NCBI GenBank assembly: GCA_051047955.1
Contig: JBPGPT010000043.1
Coordinates: 1-64,000 of the forward strand
Direction of reading: 5' to 3'
Origin: Cystobasidiomycetes sp. EMM_F5
Lineage: Eukaryota
DNA: 64,000 nucleotides
Shown here piece by piece: positions 24,569-38,630 of the stretch. The notes below the pieces were generated by a model. That model worked only from the letters and a program-made list of their open reading frames with translations, had not been told where the DNA came from and did no database searches. Numbering within the stretch: the first letter of the stretch is position 1; each line of letters starts with the position of its first letter. A program made the position numbers and the translations under genes.

Positions 24569-25312
24569 TCTCGTCGGTGGAGGAAACCCAAACCGGCGTA
24601 TTCGAGGAGAACGGACAAATAAACAGCAAGAACATCAGCCGCAAGACCCAGGCTTTCGGTAAACACATTCCCTTTTGCTTCTACTCTTGCTAGTTTGTCT
24701 GCTCTTCGAATTTCTCCGCTTGTTCTTTGTACTGTAGTTGTTATCGGACTGCATTCTAGCTTGATTGCTGCAGTTTGTCTTTTAGTCTCTATCCCTTACG
24801 TCACGTACGATTTGTCTAAGCTCCGATGTAGTGCAATCAGTATTGAAAGTCCTTGTTTCGTACCATCATTGTTCAGAGGGATTTGCTCCGCTTTAATTTC
24901 CAAACTTGAAATGAGCTGCTTTTCCAGCCGCCAATCCGACATCAGCGCGAAGTGTGCAAACCACAGCAATCTCCATCAATGTCTTGAACAATCACATACA
25001 ACTCGCCTACCGTTCTCCGATCTTGACTTCCCTTCTCCTGCACGTCCCCTTGATACCGCTCACTGACCTCCTCGCCGGCTGACAACGGAGATGGAATGCC
25101 CGCTTTTGTCCAAGAGAATTGACGGGCTGACAGACTGGCTCAAAGTGCTGGCACAGGTCTAAACCTGCTGAATGCGCTGCGATTTCCACTGATTACAGCT
25201 GTTATCGGCGTACTTGACATCGACAATATCACTCACACTCGTTTTTCGAAAGGACGTCCAAACAAGCAAGAACAACATTCACCACCCACAATACAAAGAC
25301 AAGGCTGCAGCA

Positions 25313-26830
25313 ATGAAGACCGCAACGCTTATTTCAAGCGTAGGCCTGCTGGCAGTATCCTTGACATCGTCCTTCAGCCCAGTCGTGGGCAGTCATGTAA
25401 ACGGTCTGGCCGCTGGCCATCATGGCAAACTCGCGAGGCGGATCGAGCTGGCTCTCGATGAACGTACTCTTGTAGCGAGAGAGGAGGAGAGAGCACTAAG
25501 AGAGCTCGCAAGACGGAATATCACCGTTCAAGGCAGATCACTCGCCTCGCAGAATGACGCGACTCTGCAACAACGCTCACTCGACAAGCGATATGGGTAG
25601 GTCTCACAACGCAGGGATACAACCCAATGGCACTTACGTGATGCTGAGTGGGCCTCGATCCCTAGTGGCTGCCACGCGACTTTCTATGTGAGTTTCGCTA
25701 GTCTGCGCACTGACCAGCCCTCAATATGGTTGTCAGCCAACTGATGTGTGGGCAAATTGTTGACCTTTTTGCAGTGGCCAGAGACGTAAGTCACAGCTCT
25801 TACAGAGATTGGTCTAGCAAAACTTACCTTACCCTGTCACACAGCGGCCAGCAGGGAGCGTGCGGCGGTTTCATCAAAAACAGTGACTGGAAGGTTGCAG
25901 TAGATGCAGATCTGTACGGCAACCTCGGAATTAGATCCTGGCTTTGCGGCAAAACTATCGCTATTACCTGGGGCGGAAAGACTGCTCATGGTGTCAGTGT
26001 GGCGGGTACGTCGTATTTTCAGGCCCCTAGCATCGTGAGTCAGATTTTGACGTGGGTACTTGACAATAATTAGATGCCTGCCCTGGGTGCCCATCTGGTT
26101 GCGGACTGGATATGACGCCTGGCCTATTCGATTTCTTTGCATCACAGGATGCTGGTGTTTGTAAGTAGCGAGACGTTCTTTACTCGACCGATGAAGTCTA
26201 CTAAATTGCACGCAATGCCATAGTGGATGGCATGACGTGGTATGTTGAGGATGGTTCTGGAGGGGGAGGTAACAACAATCCCCCAGCGAAGCCATCAACG
26301 ACTTGGCAGCCACCCGCGACCACTCAAAAGCCATGGACTCCGACTACTACATGGACACCGCCAGTTAACACATGGAAGTCACCTTCATCGACCTACTCGC
26401 CTCCTCCACCAACGTCCAGTAAGATTCAGTTTACTCCCAGCCCGGACCCCAAGTCCACCACTACTTCATCGTCGTATGTTCCAGAGTCATCCACCGTAGC
26501 GACCTCGTCGGCAGCCTCGAGTACGATGACAGCTTCCACTAGCAACGGCTCTACACGCAGCAACAGCTCCAGCAGTACCGTTGCGTCAGGAACACCCAGC
26601 AGTACCTCTGCTACGGCTACAGCTGGAGCCAGTCAAGAAGCGAACGGACTTGCGGCAGCCGGACCGAGCAACAAAGACGGTCAAAGTACAGACGGCTCGT
26701 CGGGATTCCTCGCCAAAGCCAACCAGATCGTCCTGAACCTCGTACGTTGGAGCCTTTTGCCCAATTCCAATGCAGCGCTAAACAAGCTTTCCTTTCACAG
26801 GGCGACCTCGTAGTAGAGGCTGCGCATTGA
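25313..26830 (+). CDS. Secreted RlpA-like double-psi beta-barrel (expansin/loosenin-like) protein, paralog 2; 6 introns
   Basis: Signal peptide MKTATLISSVGLLAVSLTSSFS; LDKR; spliced GCHATFYWPETGQQGACGG..KVAVDADLY..LCGKTIAITWGGKTAHGVSVADACPGC..GLDMTPGLFDFF..MTW; WTP repeats; last exon GDLVVEAAH*. Confidence 0.88.
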
Positions 26831-27230
26831 TTGATATTCTGCCTCTGCTTAACATGGCGAACCCTTCGATATTCCAGTCACTTCTTATTCGTAATCGAAC
26901 GGACACTCAGACCCATCCATCACTGCAAATCAATATGTGCCCGATCTCGCTTTTTAGTAGTGGGTAGCAGCATAGCTTTTCTGATGCACGTCGTCGTTTG
27001 CTGCCGTTTGGGGCTGCTTTACGCTGTACTGCAAAAATCCCGTTTTCCTACAAATACATACATAAGTGCGGACCTTGTGTCATACTGGAAGAGGGCATTT
27101 GGCCATGTCGAGAGCTTAATTTTGACGCTAGTATCCTTGTGGACGCATCAAAGTGATGTGACGATCTTTGCGAGTGTCAAGGCGAGTAAGTGCCCTGGCG
27201 CGTGGCAGTTTGATCTAAGTATTCAGCAGG

Positions 27231-30200
27231 TCACGACTTGCCGTCTTGCATAAGTGAAGGCTGAAGTCCGGGAGATGCATCATTGCCGTCCTTCGCTGCT
27301 TCGGTGTTCGTCTCGCTGAAGGGTACACTTACTTCCGACAGAAGGGTACCCAGCCCGTGTTGACTGAAAGACGATTGACGGCGGCGATGCGCATGTCCAC
27401 TCGTGTGACCCGATTGAAAAAATGTAGACGTAACGGACGTATTTGCAATCTGCGGAGGAAGAGCTGATGCTTCCTTTAGACAGGCAAACAGGATGGCGCC
27501 GTTGTGGTCTAGGGAGAAGAGAAACCGAGACAACTCCTTACATAGCTGTCGTTGTGATTTGCCTGGATCAGCCAAATAAAACGAGACCGTCCGTAAGTTT
27601 GCTAAGCTTACCTGCCAGTCGTCTCGACTGGTGGCTGCCTTAAGGAGTCTGACGGTGTCCTGAATCACGGTGTCGCTCAGTTCATCGCGGCGAGGGAGCG
27701 ACGACTTGTAGAGCTCACTTTACTACTTTGTTCCATGGGCTCTAGATTGTGCAGTACCAGAAGATACGAAGCCGCAATTTTAAGGTCGCCTGCCGACATG
27801 CATCGCTGAGGAGCAACTCTCAACTGAGAACATCTATGTTTAGGCTCAGCGTCGACGCACCTCAAACAAGTCTCTAGGCTTCCCGACGAATTGGAAAAGG
27901 TATGGCCATCGCGTGACCTCGGTCTTACGAGCGCAATTTACCACAACTTGTAAGCATTCTGTAAAATGATCCAGAAAGTCCACCACTATGGGCAGCACGG
28001 CTTCCTTTGCCGGTAATTTGGGATCGCTCATGCTTCCTATGCTAGAAGCTGGTGAGTGTGAGCCGTTTCGTAAGCTTTTCCGTAAGTCGGACGGTAGAGC
28101 ATCGACTTCGTCTTCCAGAACAGAGTGTAGTAGTATTTCCAGAGCGTGCGGGAAATAGACAAGGTGCTGATAGTGGGAAGCGAAGACGACAGCTTCTCGA
28201 ACCTGGCGGATAGTGAGATGGCATCTCAAGACATGATGGAGGAAAAGGTGGGTCTGCTCGGGTTATTGTCAGAGCGTTCACTTCAAACAGGACCTTGGCG
28301 ACTTACGTTGGTAACTAGGCGAAAGATCGCAAAATCAAGCGACCTCCTGTAAGTTGTTTCGTGATCGACACCCACAATTATTCCCTTGTCCATGAGGACG
28401 GCTAGACGATGACCGCAGTTAGCAGCAGGCAAAACTATGATAAGTCTGTACAGGCTCACATAGGGGATAAAAGTCAATGCCGATCGACAAGCTTTCTTCT
28501 ACAGTCTCCAATGCTAGCGATGTCCGATGATCGCTTACACCATTGGTCGTGTCAATTGTGAGCGCATTGAGCCAAATGCGAATACTCTCGCCGTCCCAGC
28601 CCCACAGCGAATTTTCAAGTGTGCCGATACCCGTCAGGTGTGTCCAGTAGAATTCAACGCGATCTGCTAGAATTTGCATATCATATTTGACCTCTTCGCG
28701 TATCGCCTGCTCGGAGACTGCTTAGCATACTGCCAATGCATACATTGCAACCTACTCTGCGCGGCCTCAATAGCACTAATTTGCCTTCTATGAGAAAGAT
28801 TATCGTCGCAAAATTTAGATCGTCGGATGGATCGCCTAGGCCTGTTACGCTTGAGTCAGTAATGTCTCGCTAATAGCGGGGCAAAATGTAGCTTTTCCCA
28901 CGTTGTTGCGATCGAGGGACCATCCAACTTAGGCCTCTGACATGCCTCGGCTCATGGATGACGCCTTCGAAACCAATGCTCCCGCACAACCGCAGTCTGT
29001 GCCCTTCTTCACCATTTGACACTATGAAGTGGTAAAAGGTGTTGTCCTCGGTGTATACGAGGAGTGAGCTATCAAACAGTGATGTGAGGACTACAGCTGA
29101 CGGCAGAGTCTGCTCATCCAGCACGTAAGCGGTGTTTAATGGACGGTCCCTAGCGAAAAGTCGTATCTGTACATACACTACCGTTAGGATGACTTCGGGA
29201 GCGTGACTTTAATTCAGAAACACACCTTATACGCCACCTCGTCTTTGTCGTTCTCTTCCTGAGTCGCAGTTACTAAGGTACTCCCATACCATTGGAGGCC
29301 GCCTCTGATGCAGAGATGTTGCTCCTGCAGCTCGTTCTCGAAAAGCTTCCATCGTCCCGAAAGCGAGTTATAGTGGACGAAACCTCGCTTTCCGGCTATG
29401 GCTATCAAACGAGCGTCAGCCGATATGCATGCATACCGGACGGGCCAATTAGCGCTAATATAGCTCGTAGGGATCTACGTGAAATGAGTCAGTCAAAGAA
29501 TAGCAGAAAAAAATCGCAACCTGCCTTAATGTGCTGCCAGACATCGGAATCTGGATTGATAACGCTCATATCGGGCTGATCAGCCCCCCTGTATACAAGA
29601 AGCCCGTCATCAAGTTGCAAAAAGGCATTGTTGGTGTTATCCTGCTACAACATTCAGCAGAATGTCTCCAGTCGACGTCAAGAACTTACGGGAGTGTGTA
29701 GACTAGTGACCGCACTCTTGACGAACGGTATCACGAAAAGCTGTTCGTCCATGTCTGGCACAATTTATTAGGCTGAAGATTACTGGGATGTCGAGGGTCG
29801 ACTCACTCCCAGTTTTGCCCTGTCCTATGTTCTCACACAGAGTAAACAGCTCTAGATCACCCGGACCCCACAACTAAGACGCCTTCAGATAACACGTTCA
29901 TAGCAAACAAGGTTTACTTGGGACTCACGAAGCGCCGTATGCCGTACATGAAGCGGTCTTGGAAATTCTCGGCTGGTTCACCTCCTTCAGCACCACCTGC
30001 ATCTCCGCCGACAGCCCAAGTTGTCAGTCGTCCATATGTTGTCCAGACTGCCCATCCTGCACTCCACCCAACTGCGAGAGCGTACCCATCGGATGTCCTG
30101 CCAAGTAACAGTCTATTCAAGGTATGAATTGTAGATCGCGATTCTCTCTTACCAGGCCAAGTCTGTCACACTGCCCGTATCGAGATGCGGCGCACTCGAT

Positions 30201-31768
30201 TTCAGCGAATTGCGGAGCGAAAAATGGTGAGAAGGTAGAATTGCCTGGGATGGGAGGACAATGGTGAAGAGCGCAACCTGACCACTGAAAATAATGATTC
30301 AAATTTCGTACCGAAAGCTGATCGAACAGACATACTTATCCAGACCTAGGGCCAGCAGCGAGAATCGCTCATTAAATGCAACAGAGACAGCCTTTCCAGG
30401 TATCTCCAAATTTAACGGGTCTTCTGAATCCTGACGAGCGTTGACTGCAGCTGTCTCCCCATGGAAGCACTGACCGTCCCAGATAGGGCTTGTTTCTGCG
30501 AGTCCTTTGGTACCCTGCGACGCTGAGGAGTCGCGCCGCCCACTTAGCTTAGTTCAATATATTTTCAGGGACTGTGTCAGCTGATTTCCACTCGCTATAT
30601 TGCCAATCTGCTCACCATTCCTATCCTTGACATGTCCTTGACCGCATACGCGCGACCATCGGAGGCGATGAAAATGAACAATTCAAGAGATGGGAGATAT
30701 TGCAGAAAGAAAACTGGACCTTGCAATTTTTGGGACGGTCAGCGATGATCATCGGCATCTGGGTACTTATAGATCTTACTTGTCGGACTTTTGACCCACA
30801 CAAGCTCCGACAGGTGAGCAAGACGCTGCAGCTCGGCACCACCAAACAGCCTATTGTCTTGGCCAGTCTCGCTGAACGCATCCCAACCCACAGTATGTAA
30901 GCAGGGGGGGTTTGCTGTCGAGATCAAGAGCGACATCTCGGTAGAACACATCCTGTTTACGTATAGCTCGTCAGGCCTTACGGCTGCCACAGAAGCTTGT
31001 AAGAACCATACGCCACGATCTCCGCATCTTGAAAGTCGAGCCATCCCTCTTCGTGCATCAACAACGGGGGCAGGGGCATATATTCACCAGTGCCAGCAAT
31101 ATACTGGCCTGATTTGATACCTGGAGTATTTTCGGGAATGGTGTATACAGCCGCCGTGCTGGCAGCTTCGGCCGGAACGACAACGTATTTGAATATGAAG
31201 GATTTTGTTGTCTGTAAGCGTGTTCAGTGATGCAACACATTACGGACGGATATGGTCATACGTACCAAAACTATAAGGCAGTGATAGCCTGTTTCTCTGG
31301 TCGGATCCTCTACCCATTGCACGATCTTATTGAGACCGTGCTTGCGCAACGAGGAAGAACTGCGCTTGATCTTGCAGAGACATACCGTAGGCTTTTGTAG
31401 CGTAGATGCGCGAGCGGTGAGCTAGCAAGCAATCATGTCTTTCAGCTTGTGCTTACGCGAACATTCCAGACGCCAATTTCTGAGCTGCCTAGCACGACCA
31501 TCAAAGGGGAGCTCGCTTCATCGTTCATGAGGTTCTGCCAGCCCGTTGAGGCTTGCATGGCCATGTCGACGAGAACTTCATCATGGGCCCCACCAAGTCG
31601 TGCAATGTCAGCTAATGAAGACGGCAGAGGTGGGAGGTCATGTGGTGTGGAAGCTGCAGAGGGTCGCAAGAGCTAGGGCGACAGAGATTGGCAAAAGTAT
31701 CGTCTCAGCCGTCAAATCTTGCTGCCTTCGCCCATCCTCACCTTGGCGGATGTCGTCGGAAAATACAT
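27231..31768 (-). CDS. RIC1: Ric1 (GEF subunit for Ypt6/Rab6), multi-exon
   Basis: Start MYFPTTSAK; ANWPVRYACISADARLIAIAGKRGFVHYNSLSGRWKLF; YFPHALEILLHSVLEDE; VVNCARKTEVTRWPYLF..GKPRDLFE; AASYLLVLHNLE; LCKELSRFLFSLD. Confidence 0.92.
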
Positions 31769-32029
31769 TGCAGGCAGCGGTCACCGGCGCCATCAGTGCG
31801 GTGTGAAGGTCAGACAAGCTGTGAGGCGGTCAATATGAGCATCGTTTCAGGTTTGGATGTCCGAGGAGAGCCAGCGCATACTCGAGTTTGCAGACAACCG
31901 CTTCCAGCAACCTGTCCGAAACCTCATCCGTGACGTTCATAACACAGTACAAATACAACAACATCACTGCTGAGGCAGACCGCCATACCATATACTGAAC
32001 TGAGACTATCCACGTGAGAGCCCGCTCAA

Positions 32030-35000
32030 TCATGCTTCGTTCGCTTTCAAGACGCTGCGGGAAATGCTTTAGTACACGGCCGGATAGCGTTAGCTGCCAA
32101 CCTCATTGACGTTGCGTACCTAGCTAACTTCCTGCTCCGGGTCGACGCATCTTCGATCTGTTCTTTCAATGTACTGTAAATTTCGGTCAGTATTACGCAT
32201 CGGTTGATCAGCGGTACACGGCTCACTTGATATTCTGCTCGAGTTCCCGAACCCGTTCTTTAGCACCTTGCCGCTCCCTCTTGGCCTTCTCTTCAAGTTC
32301 AGCGTTGCGCTTTTGCAGCTCCCTTAGCCGCGCTGCCCATTGCTCCTCAGCGGTTCCAGCCTTGACTTTGGCACTGGCAAGCTTGTCTTCAGTGGCTTGC
32401 AGCTGAGCTTGAGTAGCAGCTAGGCGCTTCTCATGTGAAGAAGCTCGTGCTGCTAGAGACTGAAGCTTGTGAGAAGTGCCCGGCGACATATCCGCAACAT
32501 TGACGCGCGTCTTTAATGACGATATTTGAGTATTTAGCTCGTTGTTGGTTGTCTGAAAGGACGCAGGGAAGACGGTCTCAGCTGCAATAGCCAAAGACAT
32601 GCTGACCTTGCCCTGTGCAAACGGACCTTGACATTCTCAATCTCCTCTTGCTTCATCATGACTCTCTGCTTCCATTTCGCCTGTACATCCAAAGCAGATT
32701 TGACCGACATGTCCAATTTGTCGATGTGCCGGAAGCGGGAGTCCGCTTGTTTGCGGACGAGGCTTCGATGCCACCAAGTAATGCGTCAGTATGAAGAGCC
32801 AATGACCGGCGCTTATACAGCTTACGTGACTTGGTCCGCAAATCTAGCTTCGAGATCGCGCACACGCTTCTCAAAGAGCGACTGGACGTTAGAGATCGAC
32901 CGAAGTCTTGTCAACAAGCCATCATGAAACAGTGGAAAGTTCGTATGCGGCCGGCCATCCGTGGAACCCGATTTCTTCTGTGCTTGACTTCAGCAACAGT
33001 CTCGCTGCTATCTGGACAAAAGGTCATCCTACCTTGTCAGAGCCAACGACCCTGTCAATGGCCTGATATACGGTCTGCAGAAGGGCATTCCGTTCTGCGA
33101 GCTGATCCTTCAGATCGGCAGCGCTGCGCGACATTGTTTTGGAATCGCGCGGAGATTGCGATTGGAGTGCGCGCACTCTTTCCCTCGCATTAGCCAGCTC
33201 ATCTTGCGCGTCGCGCAATGACTGTCGGATTGCAATTAAGGACCAAATCCGGCAATTCGCATGATTCGCCTTACCTTCGTAGTCAAATCGAGCTTGTCTG
33301 AAAGACCTAGTCTTGTATGCGTCTGCACTGCTAGCTGAGCGGACACGTCATTGACCTGCCCTCGCAGATTGGCAATGTCGACGTCGCGCTTCCGCAATTC
33401 CTCGTCCTTTTGCTCGAGATCCGATCGAGCGTGATCTAGGTCAGCCTCATGGTGAGCCAAGTCGCGATTTAACCGTTCAACTTCGAGAATGAGCGACATT
33501 CGATCGGAAGTATGAGTTTTACCAGCGAGTTTCGACTCAGACTCGAGATTCTGCAGAACTTGGTTGAGTCGAGCCATGTCTTGCTCGCGGACTGCTAAGC
33601 GATCTTGGGCTTGCTTGAGGTCAGCTCGAATGCTGTTGATAAGCTAGAATGAATAAAACTTGAGCCATGTACTGGTAGAGCAACGACAATCCCGATCACT
33701 TACCAATTCCTTCTCCGCAATAATGCTCTTCCATCTGTTTTCAAGTTCCGCCATTTCCCGCTTGCCATCGAGGATGACGTCTTGCAAATGATTGTCCTTG
33801 TCACGAATCTTGCGCTCGAGGCTGACACGCTCATCCTCGAGACGTTGTCGCTGCTGTGTATCCGATCGGCGAGTCTCTTCCAATTCCCCGCATCGTTGCG
33901 CCAGATCTTCGTGCTTTGTCCGCAAGAAATTGATTTCGGTCGTCAGACTTTCATTCTGGATCGATAGCTCCGACTGCCGCGACTTGTAGGCCGAGATTTT
34001 CTGAATAATTGAAAAGGCAATGAGCATGAGACAGCCCTTGGGTTCGACACAAAGTATGGCAAACCTCCTTGAGGGCGGCAACGACTTGATCATGGATACT
34101 TTGCTTGCTGGTCAGATCTCTGTCGGTCGCTCCTAGTTCTCTCTCCAGGTCGAGGATCTTGGCGTCTTTCGCTGCAATCTGGTCGATGAGCTCCTGATTC
34201 CGGCCATCCAGCTGGAAACAGGATCGTCGAATCAGCCATTGCTCGAACTGCGATTGAAAGATGACATGCCTCCTGCAAGCCTTCAGCCATGCCGACAACC
34301 TCCTCGCCAAGTCGAGACACTTCGTGATCCTTGTCTGCTACCCGTGCGATGGCCTTTTTGAGTTCAGCCTCATCTTGATGAGCTAGCTGATCCATTTCGT
34401 CCAGTTTTCGCTCGAGGTCTTGAAGTTGAAGATCACGCTCCGCCAAGACTTCAACAAGCTCATCTCTTTCCGCCTGCAACTGGTCGAGTGCCTGTTTCCA
34501 GTCCTCGGCCGCTTCTAGCGCGTCGCATTCGGCATTCAAATCAGAAATCTCCTTTTCTTTTCGGTTTGCATCGAGCAACGCAGCAGCGAGCTTATCTTTG
34601 TACTTGTCCAGTTGCTGTAACGGCGGATTAGAAGACAGAGAGGGAAAGCAAGTCCGGCAGACCTACGTCTTGCAGGTTATTGACCTGTTCCGCACGGGCT
34701 GCCGATGAGGCTCGGCGATCTCTCTCTTGAGTCAGCTCTCCTTCCAGACCCAATATATCCTGCTTGAGATTCTCAATTTCGTCGATATACTGTTCCTTCT
34801 CATCCTTGTGCGAGGCGAGCATCGTGACTTGAGCATTCACTTGAGAGCGCAGGCCGGCATTGTCCTATAGCATCAAATTTGAAATCTACTCAGTCTGAAG
34901 AGGTTAAAAATGGCGAGGCTGGAAACATACCGTTTCGAGATCGTGTATATTTGCCTGCAGGTTCTTCTGTTCCTGTATCTGCGCAACGACATCATCGTAG

Positions 35001-36115
35001 CGATCTTGCAATTCATCCCGTTGTTGCATGAGCATTTCTGCCGCTTCTTGCTCTTGGGATAGTGCCTGAGACAGCTGCTCGATCTGCAATTGCGCCTCCT
35101 GACCTGTCCGACTAACGCGAACCTGTGATTCTTGCTGCGTTTCTAGAGCATCCTGTGCACCTTCCAACAGCTTTGCATGCTTCTTGACGTCTTTGCGCAG
35201 TGATTTGTTTTCCTGAAGGAGAACCTGTATCCTCACTCGCATATCGACATTCTCCTTGAGTGCTGCATCTACAGAATCTGGTGCCAACTGCGCAAGTCGC
35301 TCTTGCAAGAAGTGAACGCGCATCTTGAGATCGAAATTCTCCTTTCCTTGCATCTCAATCACCTTTTCCTGCTCGCGTAGAGTTAGATTGGTCTTGTTCA
35401 TTCCGCCGCCGTTAGTACGGGAGAGGGCTGCAGCCGAAGCAGACATTGACGAAGCAGTGTTGGTGGAAGATGTCCCTATCGCGGAGGGATTTGAATGCAT
35501 ATCGTTGCTCGAGACAGTCACACGTCCAGCTTGGCGGCCATTGGCCATAGGTCGGAACGATGACGAAGGTTGTTGAAACTGACTGGTCTCGAAACTAGGG
35601 AGGCTCTGTTCTCTATCCTCGTCACCGTCTGGCCTTTGAGAAGCGTCATTGCGATACTGATTTGACAGTTCGTCGCTGAAATCAGCCTGGTCATTCTTGC
35701 CAAAGACCAGGCCCGAGGCGTGTCTCGTTGTTGAAGACGCAGGTTGCTGTCGCATATATCCCGCCGCGTCCTTTACTACGTGGTTTCTCTGCTGAATCGC
35801 CTCTGCTGCAGCTTTCGGCATGACAAACGACGACGCGGAGGTGTCATGATTGAATCCGTCCTGCTCGCCGTTGATTGCGCGTCTAGCTCTGTTTCCGCCG
35901 CGACTGTGCGTAGCGAGGGCTGCGACGGGCGGTGATTGCGGAACAAACGACTCCTCCATGTCCATCAGATTGGCAGCCGTTTCCTGTCCAACGCGGATAC
36001 TGTACCCGCTCGCTTCTGCTGGCATAGCATCAATGGAGCTGGACGTGCCTCCCTCCTGCTGCTCGCCGTAGCTGTATTCGAGCTGGCTTCCATCGTTGCC
36101 AGTGCTGTCGGCCAT
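32030..36115 (-). CDS. Centrosomin-motif (CM1) coiled-coil protein, Mto1/ApsB-like MTOC/SPB component; about 11 introns
   Basis: CM1 motif LTLREQEKVIEMQGKENFDLKMRVHFLQERL; long coiled coils; C-terminal WAARLRELQKRNAELEEKAKRERQGAKERVRELE; alternative upstream ATG at 36181. Confidence 0.85.
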
Positions 36116-36957
36116 TGCAGCTTCTCGTTTGACGATTGAAGGGTCAGCGGGATTGCCATCAGCTGAGTGACATGTTTGCATTCATTGTGGGCATGCTCTC
36201 GTATTCTTAATGACGGATCATTCGGTGAAAGCTATTTGCAACTGGACGTCGACGTGTTTGTTTACACGAACTATGCGTGATCGACCTCTGCGGACGCAGA
36301 AAGCGGCAACGAAAGTCGGGCAAACTCCCAAACGCAAGCTGAGCGAGTGTATAATATAATATATTATGCATACTATTGTATATATATGTGGGTAAATCAC
36401 AAATGCTTTGCAGGAGTGTACCCCCGTTTCTCTCGCTCTCCGTCTCGCCATGTATCCACAAAAGAGCCGCGCTGGGGAAGAGTAGCCTCATCGTTTTCCG
36501 AAAGTATAACATATATAGACACCATGAAAGAGGAGAAAAGGAGAAAGAGGGCCAGTCTTACCGCTGCCTGGTTGCCCGACGAATAGAGTGTATTACTTTG
36601 AAACTTGTCGAGAACTGTCCTTGAGGAGGAAGACGGGGCTGATGGCCATAATTTATAGGTATTCGAAGTATGTGTAGTGGAGGTTGTTGCGAATGCGCAC
36701 TGCATCGAAGAGGAGGTAGAGAAACTATGGTCGACATTGCGAGAAGAATGCCAACGAGGACAACGAGTACTACTGTCAACTACTCTTGTGGATAGAATAA
36801 GCGCCAGAGAAGAGGGGTGGGGATAAACTTGGGTATGTTGCGTCACCAGGGTGCATGGTAGTCGCGAAGAAGGAGATGGCATTACTGTACCGAAGGGGGA
36901 ACGATTCGACAATGATTATTGCAGGCAGAAACGCCTTTGACGGCGCTGCGACTCTGT

Positions 36958-38009
36958 TTAGTAGTAGTAATCTCTGTCACGGCCAGCAATGCAAGCAAAG
37001 ATGAAGGGGAGGATGGCAAAGAGCAAGCATCCAGTCGCTGCCCAGTAGATCCAGAGTCCATCACCGTACGAGACGTACAGGCCTGATCCACCTCCGTTGA
37101 CTGCGCTTCGGACTCGGTTGATGATGACGGTCCAGATGATGCAACCGACAGCGAGGCAGAGGAAGCCAAACAGCGTGAGCAGTGCAGACAGAAGGTACGC
37201 CCATCTGTGTGCGAGGAATCCAACAATCAACGCCAGACCGCCAGCGACTGTACCGATAAAGAGGAGGTAGAAGGCCGCTTTACTGAAAAACGACAAAGAC
37301 GAAGCCAAGTCAGTATACTGACTCGGACAGTGCTATGTTTTCCCGGACGAAGAAGGGATAGCATGGGTTTTGCAGCCGCTCAATGTCGTTACTTCACCGA
37401 CCACCTTCCGAAAAAGGTGAAAGGCGATAAAACGAAAGCACGGGAGAAAGTACCACTCACGAGTAAGAGTTGAGGTAGTCGGTATCGGTAAAGGTGTTTG
37501 AGCCGAGAGCATTTGCTACTTGGCTTTGGGATGCGTTTGGTACATCGTAGAGGATGGCGGGCAGCGGCGAGAAGGACTGAGCCCAGGTCGTGTCTGTGCA
37601 AAAGTCTGGTGCGCCGCCATTGTCGTTCTTTTCGCAATAGTTCCACAGACCCCATTGGTAGTATGTTCTCAAGCCAGTACCCGCTGCGTTTCTCGCCCCG
37701 CTGCCGTACACGTTGTTGCCTGCTCCCGTCGCTTGTCCTACGCCGCTCGTATCGACAGTGACCATCCGAATGTTACGGGGGACAATGTTGCTGCAAAGAC
37801 GCTGCGGTTAGCGAGTATCTGACGCCAGCAAACTGTTGCCTACCCAGATATTTGCCCAATCTGCTCACAAACCCGCATCAGTTCACTGCTGCATGCCAAA
37901 ACTGCCACAACTTTTTTCGAGCACTCACATGCGCAAAGATGGCGAGAATCGAGGCGGCCAGAGTGAGAAAGAGGCCTACGCCTGCACATGCAAAGAAGCG
38001 CGACACCAT
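36958..38009 (-). CDS. SUR7/PalI (Rim9-like) tetraspan membrane protein, 3 introns
   Basis: N-terminal TM MVSRFFACAGVGLFLTLAASILAIFAH; YYQWGLWNYC..FC signature; three further TM helices; VSYGDGLWIYWAA. Confidence 0.85.
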
Positions 38010-38630
38010 GGTGGATGTAGTGGGTGGAGCTTGTCGAGTGTCTGGCCGTGTGCTGGATGGGGAGAGAAGAAGACCGGGATGGGATTGCCAATTCGGGGTG
38101 TGAACGGAATGCGATACGAAAAACGTCAGCTGGAAGTTGAGCGGGCGGGATCCCAAGTTTTCGAGCAAGACTGCGACGCACTTGATAAACTCGTCGTCGA
38201 CTGTGTTATCCAAGTCCAACTCGTGTCGCTCCTTGCCAGCTCGCTCAAAATCTTTGCTTCCAGCTTTCGTGTTTGCCTCTTCAGGAATTCAAACAGTGAT
38301 CGAATAATTACGTAGAGGTTGGAGAGACTGCGATTGATCCGCACTTTGCGAGGAGGGACGTGTACTTCGGTAGTCAGTCTACACTCAGGTTGTGCCTTCC
38401 ATGTGTCTGCTGCATTCAGTCCCAGCAATGCCTTTTCGAGATGTAATACATTGTCAATCTCCCCGCATTGTTGTTTCGAGTATTTTAGTCACGTGATTGT
38501 AGGAGCATACACTCAAGTTACAAGAGACAAAGCTGGACGGCTATTTGCCGTATGTATTGTGGTGGCACTGATTCGACTCATTCAAATACTCCAACAACGC
38601 TTATCCTCCGTACCCACAGCATCGAGAGTC

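Noticed and set aside
23959..24666. 235-aa minus-strand ORF with GVH/GVQ repeats
   Set aside because: Mirror of the WTP repeat of DPBB paralog 1
36345..36395. AT-rich tract (ataatataatatattatgcatactattgtatatatatg)
   Set aside because: Most simply a 3'-end or promoter AT-rich region between the SUR7-like and Mto1-like genes; no repeat or element structure
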